Origin: Nannocystis bainbridge
GTDB taxonomy: Bacteria; Myxococcota_A; Polyangia; Nannocystales; Nannocystaceae
DNA length: 64,000 nt
Assembly (NCBI RefSeq): GCF_028368995.1
Contig: NZ_JAQNDL010000003.1
Location: forward strand, 256,001 to 320,000
Reading direction: 5' to 3'
A program made the position numbers and the translations under genes. Of the stretch, positions 26,453 to 36,376 are shown in pieces. A model generated the notes under the pieces. That model searched no databases. It was not told where the DNA came from and was given only the letters and a program-made list of their open reading frames with translations. Numbering within the stretch: the first letter of the stretch is position 1; each line of letters opens with the position of its first letter.

Positions 26453-28741
26453 TCAGTTGATCTTGATCAGCGCGCCCGAGATCGTGTGCATCCCGATCGC
26501 CGAGCTCGTGATCTTCGGCCCCGAGATCGTTACGCCGTCGGCCTTGATCGTGATCGCGCTCGCGCCGACCTGCAGCGTGATCTCCTCGGCGCCGGTCAGC
26601 ACGATCTTCTTGCCCTGGACGTCGACCGTCTCGCTGCCCACGGAGATGGTGTTGACCGCGAGGATGTTGACAGCGTCGCTCGACGCCAGCGTCGCCTTCT
26701 CCTTGCTGCCCATCGTCAGCGTCGAGGTCGCCGACACCAGCGCCACCTCCTTCTTGCCGGACAGGCTCAGCCTGGCCGTCTGCGACGCCAGTGCCACGTC
26801 CTGCAGCGCCGTCAGGCTCATCGTCCGGGTCTTCGCCGTGATCGCCACCGCGGCCTGGGCCGTCGCCGTCAGGTCGGCGGTCTCGGCGGTCAGGCTGATC
26901 CCCGTCTTCGCCGTCAGGCCGATGTTCGCCGTCTGCGACGTGCCCGTGATCGCCTGCTTGACCGTCATCGTGTGCGTCCCGGACTCGACGGTGAGCGAGC
27001 TGTCGCCGGACTTCACCGTCACGCTGCGGTCTTGCTCGATCGTCGTCGTGCTCTTACCGGTGCTCACCGTCAGCGACTCGTCGCCCTCCGTCACCGTCAC
27101 GCTGCGGTCGCCGGTGATCGTGAACGTCTGGTTGCCGCCGACCGTGAACGTCTGATCGACCGTCACCGCGCGGCTGTTGTTGTTCAGCACGACCTCGTTG
27201 AGGTCCTTCTGCGCGTGGAAGAACACCTCCTCGGAGCCCTTGCGGTCCTCGAAGCGCAGCTCGTTGAAGCCGCCGCCGCCGGGCGAGCTCTCGGACTTGA
27301 TGGTGCTCTTGGTCTTCTCGTCGGGCAGCGGGTACGGGGTCGCGTTCTCGCCGTGGTACACGCGGCCGGTGACGATCGGCCGATCGGGGTCGCCCTCGAT
27401 GAAGTCGACCAGCACCTCGTGGCCGATCCGCGGGATGAACATCGCCCCCCAGCCCGCACCCGCCCAGCTCTGCGACACCCGCACCCAGCACGACGAGCGC
27501 TCGTCGTGCTGGCCCTGGCGATCCCAGTGGAACTGGACCAGCACACGGCCGTGCTCGTCGACGTGGATCTCCTCGCCCGCCGGACCGACCACCGTCGCCG
27601 ACTGCACGCCGCGCACGACCGGCCGCGGCGTCATCCGGGGCGGCCGCAGCGGCACCTGCTTGTCGACGCACACGAACTGGTTGCCGTAGTGGAACGAGCC
27701 CTCGGCCGCGTCCTCGTCGAGCGCCTGCGTCTGCGTGCCCTGGTGCGTCACCTGCATGAGCACGCGCGGGCCGTTGAGATCGGCGCGCCGGTGCCCCTCG
27801 ACCGCGAACACGTGACCCGGCACCAGGCGCATGCAGTCGCTCGCGCCCGACGCCTGGCGCCGCATCAACTGCAGCTCCTCGAGCCGGATCTTCGCCAACG
27901 CCTGGCCCTGGTGCGGCCCGCCGGCGCTCGGGTCCTGGAACTCGCCGGGATAGTCGTAGACCTCGAGGTCGACGTCCCGCTTGCCGCTCGCGTCGGCCTC
28001 GGTCTTCTGCGTCGGCTTGTGGAAGTTGAAGTCGCGCAGCGACACCTTGCCGGGCCGCACACGCTCGACCAGCCGCAACCCGCTGACGTGTTCGCGGTCG
28101 CGCAGCTCGCCGCTCTCGTGGTTCCACACCGCCGTCTCGCCGACGATCGGCGGGTGCGCCTGCGCGTGATCGGTGAGCACCATCGTCGCCCGCGACTCGC
28201 GGTGCTCGAAGAAATAGTGGATCCCGTCCTCCTCGAGCAGCCGACAGACGAACGCCAGGTCGCTCTCGCGGTACTGCACGCAGTAATTACGCGGCCCGTA
28301 GGCCGCAGCGAGCTCGAAGCGAAAGTCCTCGCGGCCGAGCCCGGCATCCTTGAACACCGCGGCGACCACCTCGGCCGTGGTCTTGTTCTGGAAGATCCGC
28401 GACCCCTGCCGGTGCAGCAGCCGCCACACCCGCGGCACCAGCACCAGCTCGTAGAGCTGATAGCGCCGTGAATCGCCGATGTACTCGACGCTGGCGATCT
28501 CGCCGTGGATCAGGCGCGGCGGCCCCAGCCCGTCGAGCTGCAGCGTCGCCGCCTTGCCGATCATCTGGGCGAGATCGAGCTCACCGCCGGCGAACTCGAC
28601 CGTGAATTCATAAAGCTCGCTGACGGCCTCGCGTCCGCTGAACCGGACCACCCGCGGCAGCTCGGCGACCCCGTCGACGACCAACGAGAACGGGGCTCGA
28701 CCGCCGAGCAGCGTCGAAACGACGTTGGACACGCTATTCAC
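26453..28741 (-). CDS. vgrG: Type VI secretion spike protein VgrG (TssI)
   Basis: YCVQYRESDLAFVCRLLEEDGIHYFF, QSATVVGPAGEEIHVDEHGRV.VQFHWDR, IPRIGHEVLVDFIEGDPDRP, NELRFED...HAQKD, C-terminal beta-helix repeats. Confidence 0.97.
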   Translation of the reverse strand: MNSVSNVVSTLLGGRAPFSLVVDGVAELPRVVRFSGREAVSELYEFTVEFAGGELDLAQMIGKAATLQLDGLGPPRLIHGEIASVEYIGDSRRYQLYELVLVPRVWRLLHRQGSRIFQNKTTAEVVAAVFKDAGLGREDFRFELAAAYGPRNYCVQYRESDLAFVCRLLEEDGIHYFFEHRESRATMVLTDHAQAHPPIVGETAVWNHESGELRDREHVSGLRLVERVRPGKVSLRDFNFHKPTQKTEADASGKRDVDLEVYDYPGEFQDPSAGGPHQGQALAKIRLEELQLMRRQASGASDCMRLVPGHVFAVEGHRRADLNGPRVLMQVTHQGTQTQALDEDAAEGSFHYGNQFVCVDKQVPLRPPRMTPRPVVRGVQSATVVGPAGEEIHVDEHGRVLVQFHWDRQGQHDERSSCWVRVSQSWAGAGWGAMFIPRIGHEVLVDFIEGDPDRPIVTGRVYHGENATPYPLPDEKTKSTIKSESSPGGGGFNELRFEDRKGSEEVFFHAQKDLNEVVLNNNSRAVTVDQTFTVGGNQTFTITGDRSVTVTEGDESLTVSTGKSTTTIEQDRSVTVKSGDSSLTVESGTHTMTVKQAITGTSQTANIGLTAKTGISLTAETADLTATAQAAVAITAKTRTMSLTALQDVALASQTARLSLSGKKEVALVSATSTLTMGSKEKATLASSDAVNILAVNTISVGSETVDVQGKKIVLTGAEEITLQVGASAITIKADGVTISGPKITSSAIGMHTISGALIKIN

Positions 28742-29421
28742 GGCGAATACCCCTACCGCGCATCATGCTTCGGCCTTCGACCCCATCGAACTCTTTTAAG
28801 AAGATACGCCCGGACGGACCGGGAATGCAACGAGTTTGCGGCGACGAAACGACGATTTGCGGAAAGCATGGAGGACCCCAACGAGAGTTGGGTAGCGCAT
28901 GAGCGCGCACGCCCGACTCGCAATGCCTGTACGAGCGCGTGCGAGCATGCGATCCGCGGTCCCCGCCGGCGAGATGCGTCGTGAGCGAGACCGCCCGCCG
29001 CCCCCGCGTGCCCCTCGCCGCAGCCCCGACAAGGATCGCGGCTGAGCCGCCGCCGTGCAGTCCCGATGCTTTGAGGGTCGCACGGCGACTCCCTGCAATC
29101 GCCCATCGCAATGGCCTGATCGTCACTGCGACGATTGCATCGATTCGTCCGATGAGCAGGGGCAATCCATGGCATTTCGCACCGTACGCCCAGCCCCTCA
29201 TCGCCCGCACCGAGACCACGCTCCCAGGGACACGGATCGTCGCCGAGCGGTTCGGCAACCTCAAGAGCTACCCGGACCCCGGACCCCGGACCGCCCCGGA
29301 CCCGCGAGGCGAGGCCTCCTCGCCGCATATCCGGAGATCCCCGCAGACTTCACGGCGACCCTCGTGGCGCTCGCGAATCAGTCCACGGTTGCGTGCCTCG
29401 GCGAGGCTGGCGTACGTTCGC

Positions 29422-30513
29422 ATGATGCGAAAGCTCTGGACTCCTCTGCTCTGTATCCTCGCCTGCGGCGGTGAGGAGCCCGCCGCCAGCGACGGGACCT
29501 CCACCGGCTCCACCGCCACCACCACGACCTCCGGCACGGCCGCGACCACGACCGAAGGCCCCACCACCCCCACCTCGACCAGCACCACCGCTCCGGAGCC
29601 GCTCACGACGACCAGCACCACCGCTCCGGAGCCGCTCACGACGACCAGCTCCACCTCGACGACCGACGGCTCCACCACCGCCGACACCACCACCGGCGTG
29701 CAGGAGTGCGTCGGCGAGCTCCCGGCCCACTGGATCGACGGGACCGACTGCGGCAGCGAGACGCAGGTCCAGATCCATCAATACTCCGCCGACACCTGGA
29801 TCCTCCGCCAGTCGCTGTGCACCAGCTTCGAGGGCCCCTTCATGATGCTGCTGTTCGGCTCGGAGCGCGCGCTCCTGCTCGACACCGGCGACGGCGACAT
29901 CCCGATCGACGACATCGTCCACGACCTCGTCGACGACTGGTCCCAGGCCCACGGCGGCGCCCCGATCGAGCTCATCGTCGGCAACACCCACGCCCACGGC
30001 GACCACGTCGCCGGCAACAACAGCTTCGTCGGCGACGCCGGCACCACGATCATCGGCATCGGCGAGGCCGCCGTCCGCCAGTTCTTCGGCATCGACGGCT
30101 GGCCCGAGCAGATCGTCCAGTACGACCTCGGCGGTCGCGTCCTCGACATCGTCCCGCTGCCCGGCCACGAGAAGGCCCATATCGCCGTCTACGACCCCGC
30201 CACCGGCGTCGTCTTCACCGGCGACACCCTCTACCCCGGCCGCCTCTACATCGCGGACTTCCCGACCTACGTCGCCAGCGTCGGCCGCCTCGTCGACCAC
30301 CTCGCCGACAAGGAGGTCTGCCGCGTCCTCGGCGCTCACATCGAAATGACCAACACCCCCGGCGAGGACTTCGATTTCATGCAGCCCTCACACCCCGACG
30401 AGCACCCGCTCGAGCTCGACCTGGCCCACCTGATCGAGCTGCGCGACGCCGTCGAGGCCATGCAGGAACCGATGATCGAGGTCCACGACGACTTCATCGT
30501 CTACCCGCTGTGA
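29422..30513 (+). CDS. Metallo-beta-lactamase-fold hydrolase, lipoprotein with Thr-rich stalk
   Basis: Lipobox ILAC; LLLDTG, THAHGDHVAG, PGH, FTGDTLY, GAH. Confidence 0.9.
   Translation: MMRKLWTPLLCILACGGEEPAASDGTSTGSTATTTTSGTAATTTEGPTTPTSTSTTAPEPLTTTSTTAPEPLTTTSSTSTTDGSTTADTTTGVQECVGELPAHWIDGTDCGSETQVQIHQYSADTWILRQSLCTSFEGPFMMLLFGSERALLLDTGDGDIPIDDIVHDLVDDWSQAHGGAPIELIVGNTHAHGDHVAGNNSFVGDAGTTIIGIGEAAVRQFFGIDGWPEQIVQYDLGGRVLDIVPLPGHEKAHIAVYDPATGVVFTGDTLYPGRLYIADFPTYVASVGRLVDHLADKEVCRVLGAHIEMTNTPGEDFDFMQPSHPDEHPLELDLAHLIELRDAVEAMQEPMIEVHDDFIVYPL
29578..29649 (+). repeat. 33-bp in-frame tandem duplication (TSTTAPEPLTT x2) in the stalk
   Basis: ACCAGCACCACCGCTCCGGAGCCGCTCACGACG occurs twice in tandem. 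Confidence 0.85.
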
Positions 30514-30613
30514 GCCGCGAAAATCGATAGACGACGCCGCGTGATCCTCCCTCGCGGCCGAAGCGACGAGGCAGTGTTTCGCGGCGGAGTCGTATCGACG
30601 CTCGGCCCGCGAA

Positions 30614-32362
30614 TCACTGCGGCGGGATGCACACCTCGCCGCCCGCGGCGATCTGCGCCTGCGTGCGGTAAGTGTTGAGCTTCTCCCAGTGCGGCGGCTC
30701 GAATTGCGGGATGGTCCCGTCCTCGCGCACATTGGTCACGTGGTAGGTGTGCTGATTCCAGATCCGCCGCCCCTGGACCCACCGGTCCTGGACATCGCGC
30801 ACCGCCTGGACCGTGAACGGCACCACCCCGCCGTTGAGCAGCGTGTTCGACACCACCAGGATCTCCGACGAACCGTCGTTGTCGATGTCGGCGACCACCG
30901 GATACTCGATGATCGTGCCCGACAGGTGCGGCGTATCCATCAACGGCGAGCCCATCTCGTCGAACACCCACACCGTGTGCTCGTCGGCGTAGATCGCCTG
31001 GGCCTTGCCGCCGCCGATGAAGTCGAACGCCGTGCCGCCGGCCTGGCCGCTCTGATCGATCACCATCGCCTGCCACAGCAGCGACTGGTCGGTCTCGTAG
31101 ACCCCGTAGAAGTTGGGCGCGCTGATCCCGAACTCGGGCTGGCCGTCGCCGTCGAGGTCGTGGATGTTGATCGGGCGGCTCAGGTCGTTCTGGCCGTTGG
31201 GCGTGAAGCTCCACGTCAGCGTCCCGTCGTGCTGGCGCAGCTCGATCTTGTTGTCGAGCGCGAGCAGGACCTCCGGCTGCGGGTCACCGTCGAGGTTGGC
31301 GACCTGCGGGAAGATCCACCCGAACTGATTGGTGTCGTACCACGTGCTGCCGTCGGCCCGGAACGCCGCGCCGCCGACCAGCACCTCGAGGCCCGGCTGG
31401 CCGTCGAGGTCGGCCACCGCCGACGCGTTGTACGACGAATCGTTGCCGCGGCTCCACACCTCGATACCGTTGTGGTCATACAATTTGCCGCCGGCGATGA
31501 TCTCGACGTCGCCGTCCTGATCGATGTCGGCCAGCGCGATCGCCCCCGACTGCGCCCCGCCCCAGTTGGTGTTGCTCTTCCACTTGACCTGGCCGTCGTG
31601 CTCGAACGCGATGAGGCGCCCACCAGCGCCCGGCTCCATGGCGACGATCTCGGCGATGCCGTCGCCGTCGATGTCGCCGGCCGCCGGCGTGCCGCCGAAC
31701 TGCACCAGCTCCGACGCGTAGAAGTGGACCGCCCCGGTCGCGCCGTCGAGCACGTAGAGCCGCGACGGCGGCACGTCCGAGAGCTGGTCCGGGCCGGCGA
31801 CGACCACCACGTCGGGGATGTCGCAAAGATCGATCTCACCGTCGCCGTTGTCGTCGGTCAGGTTGATGACGAGCGGCATGACGATGCAGTTCTCGAACCC
31901 CGGCGGGCCGGTGAACGTCCACTGCGCCTCGGGCTCGAACGCATCCGGCGGGGCCTTGTCGGTGCAATCACCGATCGCATCCATGTCGTCGACGACCTTG
32001 CACGACGACGGCGGCGCGCCGAAGTCCGGATCTACCGCCATGTCGAACTTGACCGCGTCGGTCGCCGAGACGTCGGTGGTCGAGCTGGTGCCCGCGGACG
32101 TGTCGGTGGTGTCGGTGGTGCCGGTCATCGTCCCGCTCATCGTCCCCGGCGTGCCCGTCGAGGTCTCGCTGTCGCTGTCCGAACCGCCCTCCGTCGGCGC
32201 CGTCGAGGTCGGCGTCACCGTGGTCGGACCGGGGCTCGTCGTGCTCACCGTCGTCGTCGCCGACGCGCCCGCCGTCGCCTGGCTGTCGTCGCCACAGCCG
32301 GTGAAGACGAGCGCGAGCGAACCGGTGGCGAGGGCGTGAACGACGGACGTGCGGGTGGACAT
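30614..32362 (-). CDS. FG-GAP/VCBS-repeat lipoprotein (adhesin/lectin-like propeller)
   Basis: Lipobox FTGC, Thr stalk, repeats GDIDGDGIAEI, ADIDQDGDVEI, DLDGDGQPE, ADIDNDGSSEI; WNQHTYHVTNV. Confidence 0.88.
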   Translation of the reverse strand: MSTRTSVVHALATGSLALVFTGCGDDSQATAGASATTTVSTTSPGPTTVTPTSTAPTEGGSDSDSETSTGTPGTMSGTMTGTTDTTDTSAGTSSTTDVSATDAVKFDMAVDPDFGAPPSSCKVVDDMDAIGDCTDKAPPDAFEPEAQWTFTGPPGFENCIVMPLVINLTDDNGDGEIDLCDIPDVVVVAGPDQLSDVPPSRLYVLDGATGAVHFYASELVQFGGTPAAGDIDGDGIAEIVAMEPGAGGRLIAFEHDGQVKWKSNTNWGGAQSGAIALADIDQDGDVEIIAGGKLYDHNGIEVWSRGNDSSYNASAVADLDGQPGLEVLVGGAAFRADGSTWYDTNQFGWIFPQVANLDGDPQPEVLLALDNKIELRQHDGTLTWSFTPNGQNDLSRPINIHDLDGDGQPEFGISAPNFYGVYETDQSLLWQAMVIDQSGQAGGTAFDFIGGGKAQAIYADEHTVWVFDEMGSPLMDTPHLSGTIIEYPVVADIDNDGSSEILVVSNTLLNGGVVPFTVQAVRDVQDRWVQGRRIWNQHTYHVTNVREDGTIPQFEPPHWEKLNTYRTQAQIAAGGEVCIPPQ

Positions 32363-32604
32363 CGCCGGCCATCGTACACCACGCCGCGCCCCTCGCGGTC
32401 CGCGCTCGCGGCCTCGCACGAAGCGCGCGCGCGAACCGTGGCCTGTCCTCGCCGGCGGATCCCTCCGTGAGCGGTCGCCCTCGCGTGAACCGCTGCACGA
32501 TGGGTTCGTCTTCGCCCCCGCGCGGCGCTCGAACCCGAGCGACGACGTGTGCCGCGATACTGCCCGGCCCGCTCTTGCGCGAATCCGCCGGCGACATCGC
32601 TCCC

Positions 32605-32638
32605 GGCCCCATGGGGGCCCCATGGGGCCCCATGGGGC
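32605..32638. repeat. Three tandem CCCCATGGGG palindromes (candidate upstream activator site)
   Basis: GGCCCCATGGGGGCCCCATGGGGCCCCATGGGGC lies in the divergent intergenic region. Confidence 0.6.
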
Positions 32639-32699
32639 TACGCCCGCGTTTTTCGGCCAGCTCAGCGGGGGCCATCCGCGAATCTCCACGCGATTTCAT

Positions 32700-32715
32700 G
32701 GGTGCGGAGCTTGCT
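32700..32715 (+). promoter_or_regulatory. Possible sigma-54 (-24/-12) promoter of the M23 gene
   Basis: GGGTGCGGAGCTTGCT: GG at 32701-2 and GC at 32713-4 with correct spacing; the -24 box is imperfect. Confidence 0.45.
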
Positions 32716-32728
32716 ATGGCGAGCGCAG

Positions 32729-34735
32729 ATGCTTTCATCGATCCGTCTATGCGCTTTGCACATTCATCGGAGCACGCTGCTCGCAATCATCCTCGGTATG
32801 GGCGCGACCGCCTGTGAGATCGAGGGTCAGGAGCTGCTGGCGGAGGACGACCTCCAGATCGACACCGACGCCGCCGGGCTCCACGCCGACCTCGCGCTCG
32901 AGGACGCCGTCGAGCCGCAGGCCGCGGGCAGCTACCCGACCTGGCAGGTGTTGGCCCCGTTCCGCCTCGACGACCTCAAGCCCAACCATTACCCGACGAT
33001 CTTTGCGAACGCCGACAAGTGGCACGACATCGTCATCAACCGCTACGACGGCGGCTGGACCGGGCAGCGGCCCGGGCTGACCGGCGAGACCAACAGCCTG
33101 GGCTGGGGCGTGCCGGTCTACGCCGGCGTCGACGGCGAGGTGATGAGCTGCTGGCGCACTGCCCCGTACGACGCGGCCTACGTCGACGTGCAGCACAAAC
33201 TGGCGATCGGCGGCAACTTCATCACCATCAAGACCAGCGACGGCAAGTGGTTGTACTACGCCCACCTGGACACCAACTCGATCCCCGCCGAACTGTGCCC
33301 GAATGTGAGCACCAACGGCGGCTACCTTCAGGTTTGTGACAAGCCGAACGAGCCCTGGGACTGCGAGGTGTGCGACGACAACGGCGGCAAGCAGTGCTCC
33401 CTGGTCGAGACGTACATCCCGGCGGGCAGCCGGCCGCAGGTGCACGCGGGCCAGTTCATCGGCCGGACGGGCGCGATCGGCAACGCCGCCATGGCGCACC
33501 TGCACATGGGCGCGGGCACCATCAACACCGTCGGCGGCATCGATCGCATGGTCCAGACCGACCTTCACATCACCTTCGAGCACAGCTGGCACGCGCCCGG
33601 GCCCGGCGAGTCGCCGCCGATCGCCTGGACGGCCTCCTCGGGCATGAGCCTCCCCAACGCAGTGACCACCGATCACACCCTGATGTGGTTCGGCGGCAAG
33701 CGCGAGGAGACCTACTCGGGCACCTACCGGCTGGCCAAGTACGGCGGCGGCGTGGGCACCGACCTCCTGTGCCACGACACCGACAGCGGCAACCTTTACA
33801 CCGACGGCGATGACTCCCCGGTCAAGTTCGGCGGCACCAACTGGTCGCGCACGGCCAACTTCTGCAAGGGCGATTCGCAGCGGCTGCTCACCGGCGATTT
33901 CGACGGCGACACGCGGTCGGACCTGCTGTGCCACGATCTCGAGACGGGCATCATCCAGATCGACTACGGCGCCTTCAACACGGTCTCCGGCAACACCGAG
34001 TTCAACGGCGTCAATTTCACCAGCGTGAACGGGTGGTGCAACGGCGACACCCAGCAGCTCATCGTCGGCAACTTCGACGACGACACCAAGGACGACCTGC
34101 TGTGCCACGATCACGCCGACGGCCGCCGCTGGCTCGACCGCGCGAATGACGGGTTCGCCGGCACCAATCATTCGTTCGGGACCGGTTGGTGCTTCGGTCA
34201 CTTCGAGCGGCTGCACGTCGGCCGCTTCGACACGACCTCGGCCGGCGACGACCTGCTGTGCCACAACACCTCCACCGGCGCGATCCAGATCGACGCCACC
34301 CCCAGCAACGCCCAGATCGCCCTCGGCACGCCGATCTTCGGCGCCACCGACCAGACCACCGGCCCGTGGTGCTACGCCCGCGGCCAGCGGCTGTTCGCCG
34401 GCGATTTCCTGACCGGCTCGTGGCTCGACGAGCTGGTCTGCCACGACAGCGACACCGGCAAGACCTTCATCAACGTCCCGACCTCGAACGCCAGCTATCC
34501 CGGGACTTCCTCGGTCGGCGCGGTGAGCGGGTTCTGCACCGGCCCGTACGAGCGCCTCAAGGTCGGCGACATCGACGGCGACAACGCCGACGATTTGCTG
34601 TGCTTCGACCGGGTCACCGGCGAGCGCTCGATCGACTACGCCGCCTGGGAGAACAGCGTCGGCGGCGTGTTCGGCGGGGTCGACTGGACCTCGACCGGCG
34701 CCTGGTGCCACGACCCCGATCAGTCGCTCCACTGA
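32729..34735 (+). CDS. Lipoprotein with M23 peptidase-like domain and about 6 Cys-containing FG-GAP-like repeats
   Basis: Lipobox GATAC; GVPVYAGVDGEV, GGNFITI, YYAHL, VHAGQFIGRTGAIGN..AHLH; repeats WC.G...RL..GDFDGD..DLLCHD. Start may instead be TTG 32756. Confidence 0.78.
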   Translation: MLSSIRLCALHIHRSTLLAIILGMGATACEIEGQELLAEDDLQIDTDAAGLHADLALEDAVEPQAAGSYPTWQVLAPFRLDDLKPNHYPTIFANADKWHDIVINRYDGGWTGQRPGLTGETNSLGWGVPVYAGVDGEVMSCWRTAPYDAAYVDVQHKLAIGGNFITIKTSDGKWLYYAHLDTNSIPAELCPNVSTNGGYLQVCDKPNEPWDCEVCDDNGGKQCSLVETYIPAGSRPQVHAGQFIGRTGAIGNAAMAHLHMGAGTINTVGGIDRMVQTDLHITFEHSWHAPGPGESPPIAWTASSGMSLPNAVTTDHTLMWFGGKREETYSGTYRLAKYGGGVGTDLLCHDTDSGNLYTDGDDSPVKFGGTNWSRTANFCKGDSQRLLTGDFDGDTRSDLLCHDLETGIIQIDYGAFNTVSGNTEFNGVNFTSVNGWCNGDTQQLIVGNFDDDTKDDLLCHDHADGRRWLDRANDGFAGTNHSFGTGWCFGHFERLHVGRFDTTSAGDDLLCHNTSTGAIQIDATPSNAQIALGTPIFGATDQTTGPWCYARGQRLFAGDFLTGSWLDELVCHDSDTGKTFINVPTSNASYPGTSSVGAVSGFCTGPYERLKVGDIDGDNADDLLCFDRVTGERSIDYAAWENSVGGVFGGVDWTSTGAWCHDPDQSLH

Positions 34736-34743
34736 TCGGGCAC

Positions 34744-34770
34744 CGACGCGCGGGCCTGGTCTGCGCGTCG
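34744..34770. terminator. GC-rich hairpin between convergent genes
   Basis: CGACGCGCGGG-CCTGG-TCTGCGCGTCG; no U-tract. Confidence 0.35.
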
Positions 34771-34772
34771 AA

Positions 34773-36161
34773 TCAGCTCTCGGCCGGCCGCTCGGGCACC
34801 GCGATCGCGTACATCCCGAGCCAGCGCGTGATCTGCTTGCGCTCGCACTCGTAGTGCTTCGCCGTCGCGCGGATGCTCCAATCGTTGGCCATCAACGTCG
34901 CCAGCAGCGCCTCGCGGCTCGGTCGCGGTCGCGGCCGCCGCGGGGCCGCCCTGGCGCCCGCGGCCTCCGGCTGGGTCGACGCGATCGCGGCGGCGACGGA
35001 CGCCGCACCTGCCCCGAAGGACAGCAGGTCGGGCCACGGGTCGGACTCGCGCCGCTCGCCCTCGATCCCGCACGCGTGAAGGAAGCGCTGCAGGCCGCGC
35101 AGGTTGTCCGGCCAGGTCTGCCGCAGCAGCGCCTCGGCGACCGCGGTCGGGAACTCGAGCGGCGCCGGCGAGACCCGGCTGCGCGGGGCACACCAGGCCC
35201 GGTGGAGGCGATCGATCCACGCGATCAGGTCGGCCCGGCGCGCCCGCAGCGGCGGCACGTGGACCTCCCACAGCGCCAGGCGGGCGTACAGGTCGCGGCG
35301 GAACTTGCCCTGCTCGATGTCGTCGACCAGCGAGCGGTTGGTGGCCGCGATCAGGCGCACGTCGACGCGGTGGCGCTGCGTGCTGCCGACGGCGACGACC
35401 TCGCCGAGCTCGACCGCCCGCAGCAGCTTGGGCTGGAGGTCGAGCGGCAGCTCGCCGAGCTCGTCGAGGAACAGAGTCCCGCCGGAGGCCGCGCGGAACA
35501 TGCCGCCGTGCTCCTGCGTCGCCCCGGTGAAGGCCCCGCGGGTGTGCCCGAACAGCTGGCTCTCGATCAGCTGCGGGCTGAGGGCCGCGCAGTTGATCAC
35601 CACCAGGCTGCCCTGGCGCCCGCTCAGGCGGTGCAGCTCGGCGGCGATGTTCTCCTTGCCGACGCCGGTCTCGCCGAGGATCAGCGCCGGCGAGCGGTCG
35701 GGCCCGGCGCGACCGATCGCCTGCCGCAGCTGCCGCACCGCCAGCGAGTCGCCGGGCACCGCCTCGTGCGACACCTGCGGCGTGTCGCGCAGATCGGCGT
35801 CGCGGCGCTCGTAGACCGCCAGCACGTCGCCGAAGCGCAGCACCGCCTGGTCCTCGAGGTAGAAGGGCAGCGCCTGGATCGCCTGGCCGTCGACCCACGT
35901 GCCGTTGCGGCTCTCGAGGTCGGCGACGCAGTGGCGGCCGGCGGCCTGGTCCCAGCGGATGCTGGCGTGCTGGCGCGACACCGTCTTGTGGGCCGCGACG
36001 ATCGCCCCCGGCGCGCCCGGCTGGCGCCCGAGGACCGCCGGCGCCTCGTCGAGCGGGTGAGCGCCGGCCAGGCTGCGCGGGTAGACGACGACCAGCCGGG
36101 CCGTGCGCGGTGGCGCGCAGATTCGCGCAGCCCGCTCCGTGGACACGGTCTCGTCCGGCAT
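34773..36161 (-). CDS. FHA-domain sigma-54 enhancer-binding protein (FHA-AAA+-HTH)
   Basis: FHA LGR...VSRQHA...DLESRNGTWVDG; GETGVGKE, LFGHTRGAFTGA, LFLDELGE, QPKLLR, FRRDLYARL, WPDNLR. Start could be further upstream. Confidence 0.93.
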   Translation of the reverse strand: MPDETVSTERAARICAPPRTARLVVVYPRSLAGAHPLDEAPAVLGRQPGAPGAIVAAHKTVSRQHASIRWDQAAGRHCVADLESRNGTWVDGQAIQALPFYLEDQAVLRFGDVLAVYERRDADLRDTPQVSHEAVPGDSLAVRQLRQAIGRAGPDRSPALILGETGVGKENIAAELHRLSGRQGSLVVINCAALSPQLIESQLFGHTRGAFTGATQEHGGMFRAASGGTLFLDELGELPLDLQPKLLRAVELGEVVAVGSTQRHRVDVRLIAATNRSLVDDIEQGKFRRDLYARLALWEVHVPPLRARRADLIAWIDRLHRAWCAPRSRVSPAPLEFPTAVAEALLRQTWPDNLRGLQRFLHACGIEGERRESDPWPDLLSFGAGAASVAAAIASTQPEAAGARAAPRRPRPRPSREALLATLMANDWSIRATAKHYECERKQITRWLGMYAIAVPERPAES

Positions 36162-36293
36162 CGACGGCGGGTTTTCGGGATTGCGCGAGCCCATGGGGCG
36201 GTCGGCATGGTGTCCCATGCGGCCGCACCTCGGCAAGCCCGAGAAAACGTGGTGAAGTCGCGCGGCACCCCTAAAATCATTGAAGATTTGTCG

Positions 36294-36309
36294 AGGCACG
36301 GCGGTTGCT
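36294..36309 (+). promoter_or_regulatory. Sigma-54 (-24/-12) promoter upstream of the ADYC genes
   Basis: AGGCACG-GCGG-TTGCT, near consensus, about 68 nt before the ATG and divergent from the activator gene. Confidence 0.8.
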
Positions 36310-36376
36310 CAACCGGGTTTCACAGGCTCCCGGAGCCAGCAATCCACCCGTTCCTTGTCACATCGGAGAAACTACT

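Noticed and set aside
21424-28471. Very long plus-strand ORFs (21424-24402, 25358-28471)
   Set aside because: Antisense shadows of Rhs and vgrG caused by GC-rich codon bias; no motifs.
28742-29421. Genes or a sigma-54 promoter in the vgrG upstream region
   Set aside because: Candidate ORFs look non-coding and no correctly spaced GG-N10-GC consensus was found by eye; only a weak TGCAATCG/CGATTGCA inverted repeat.
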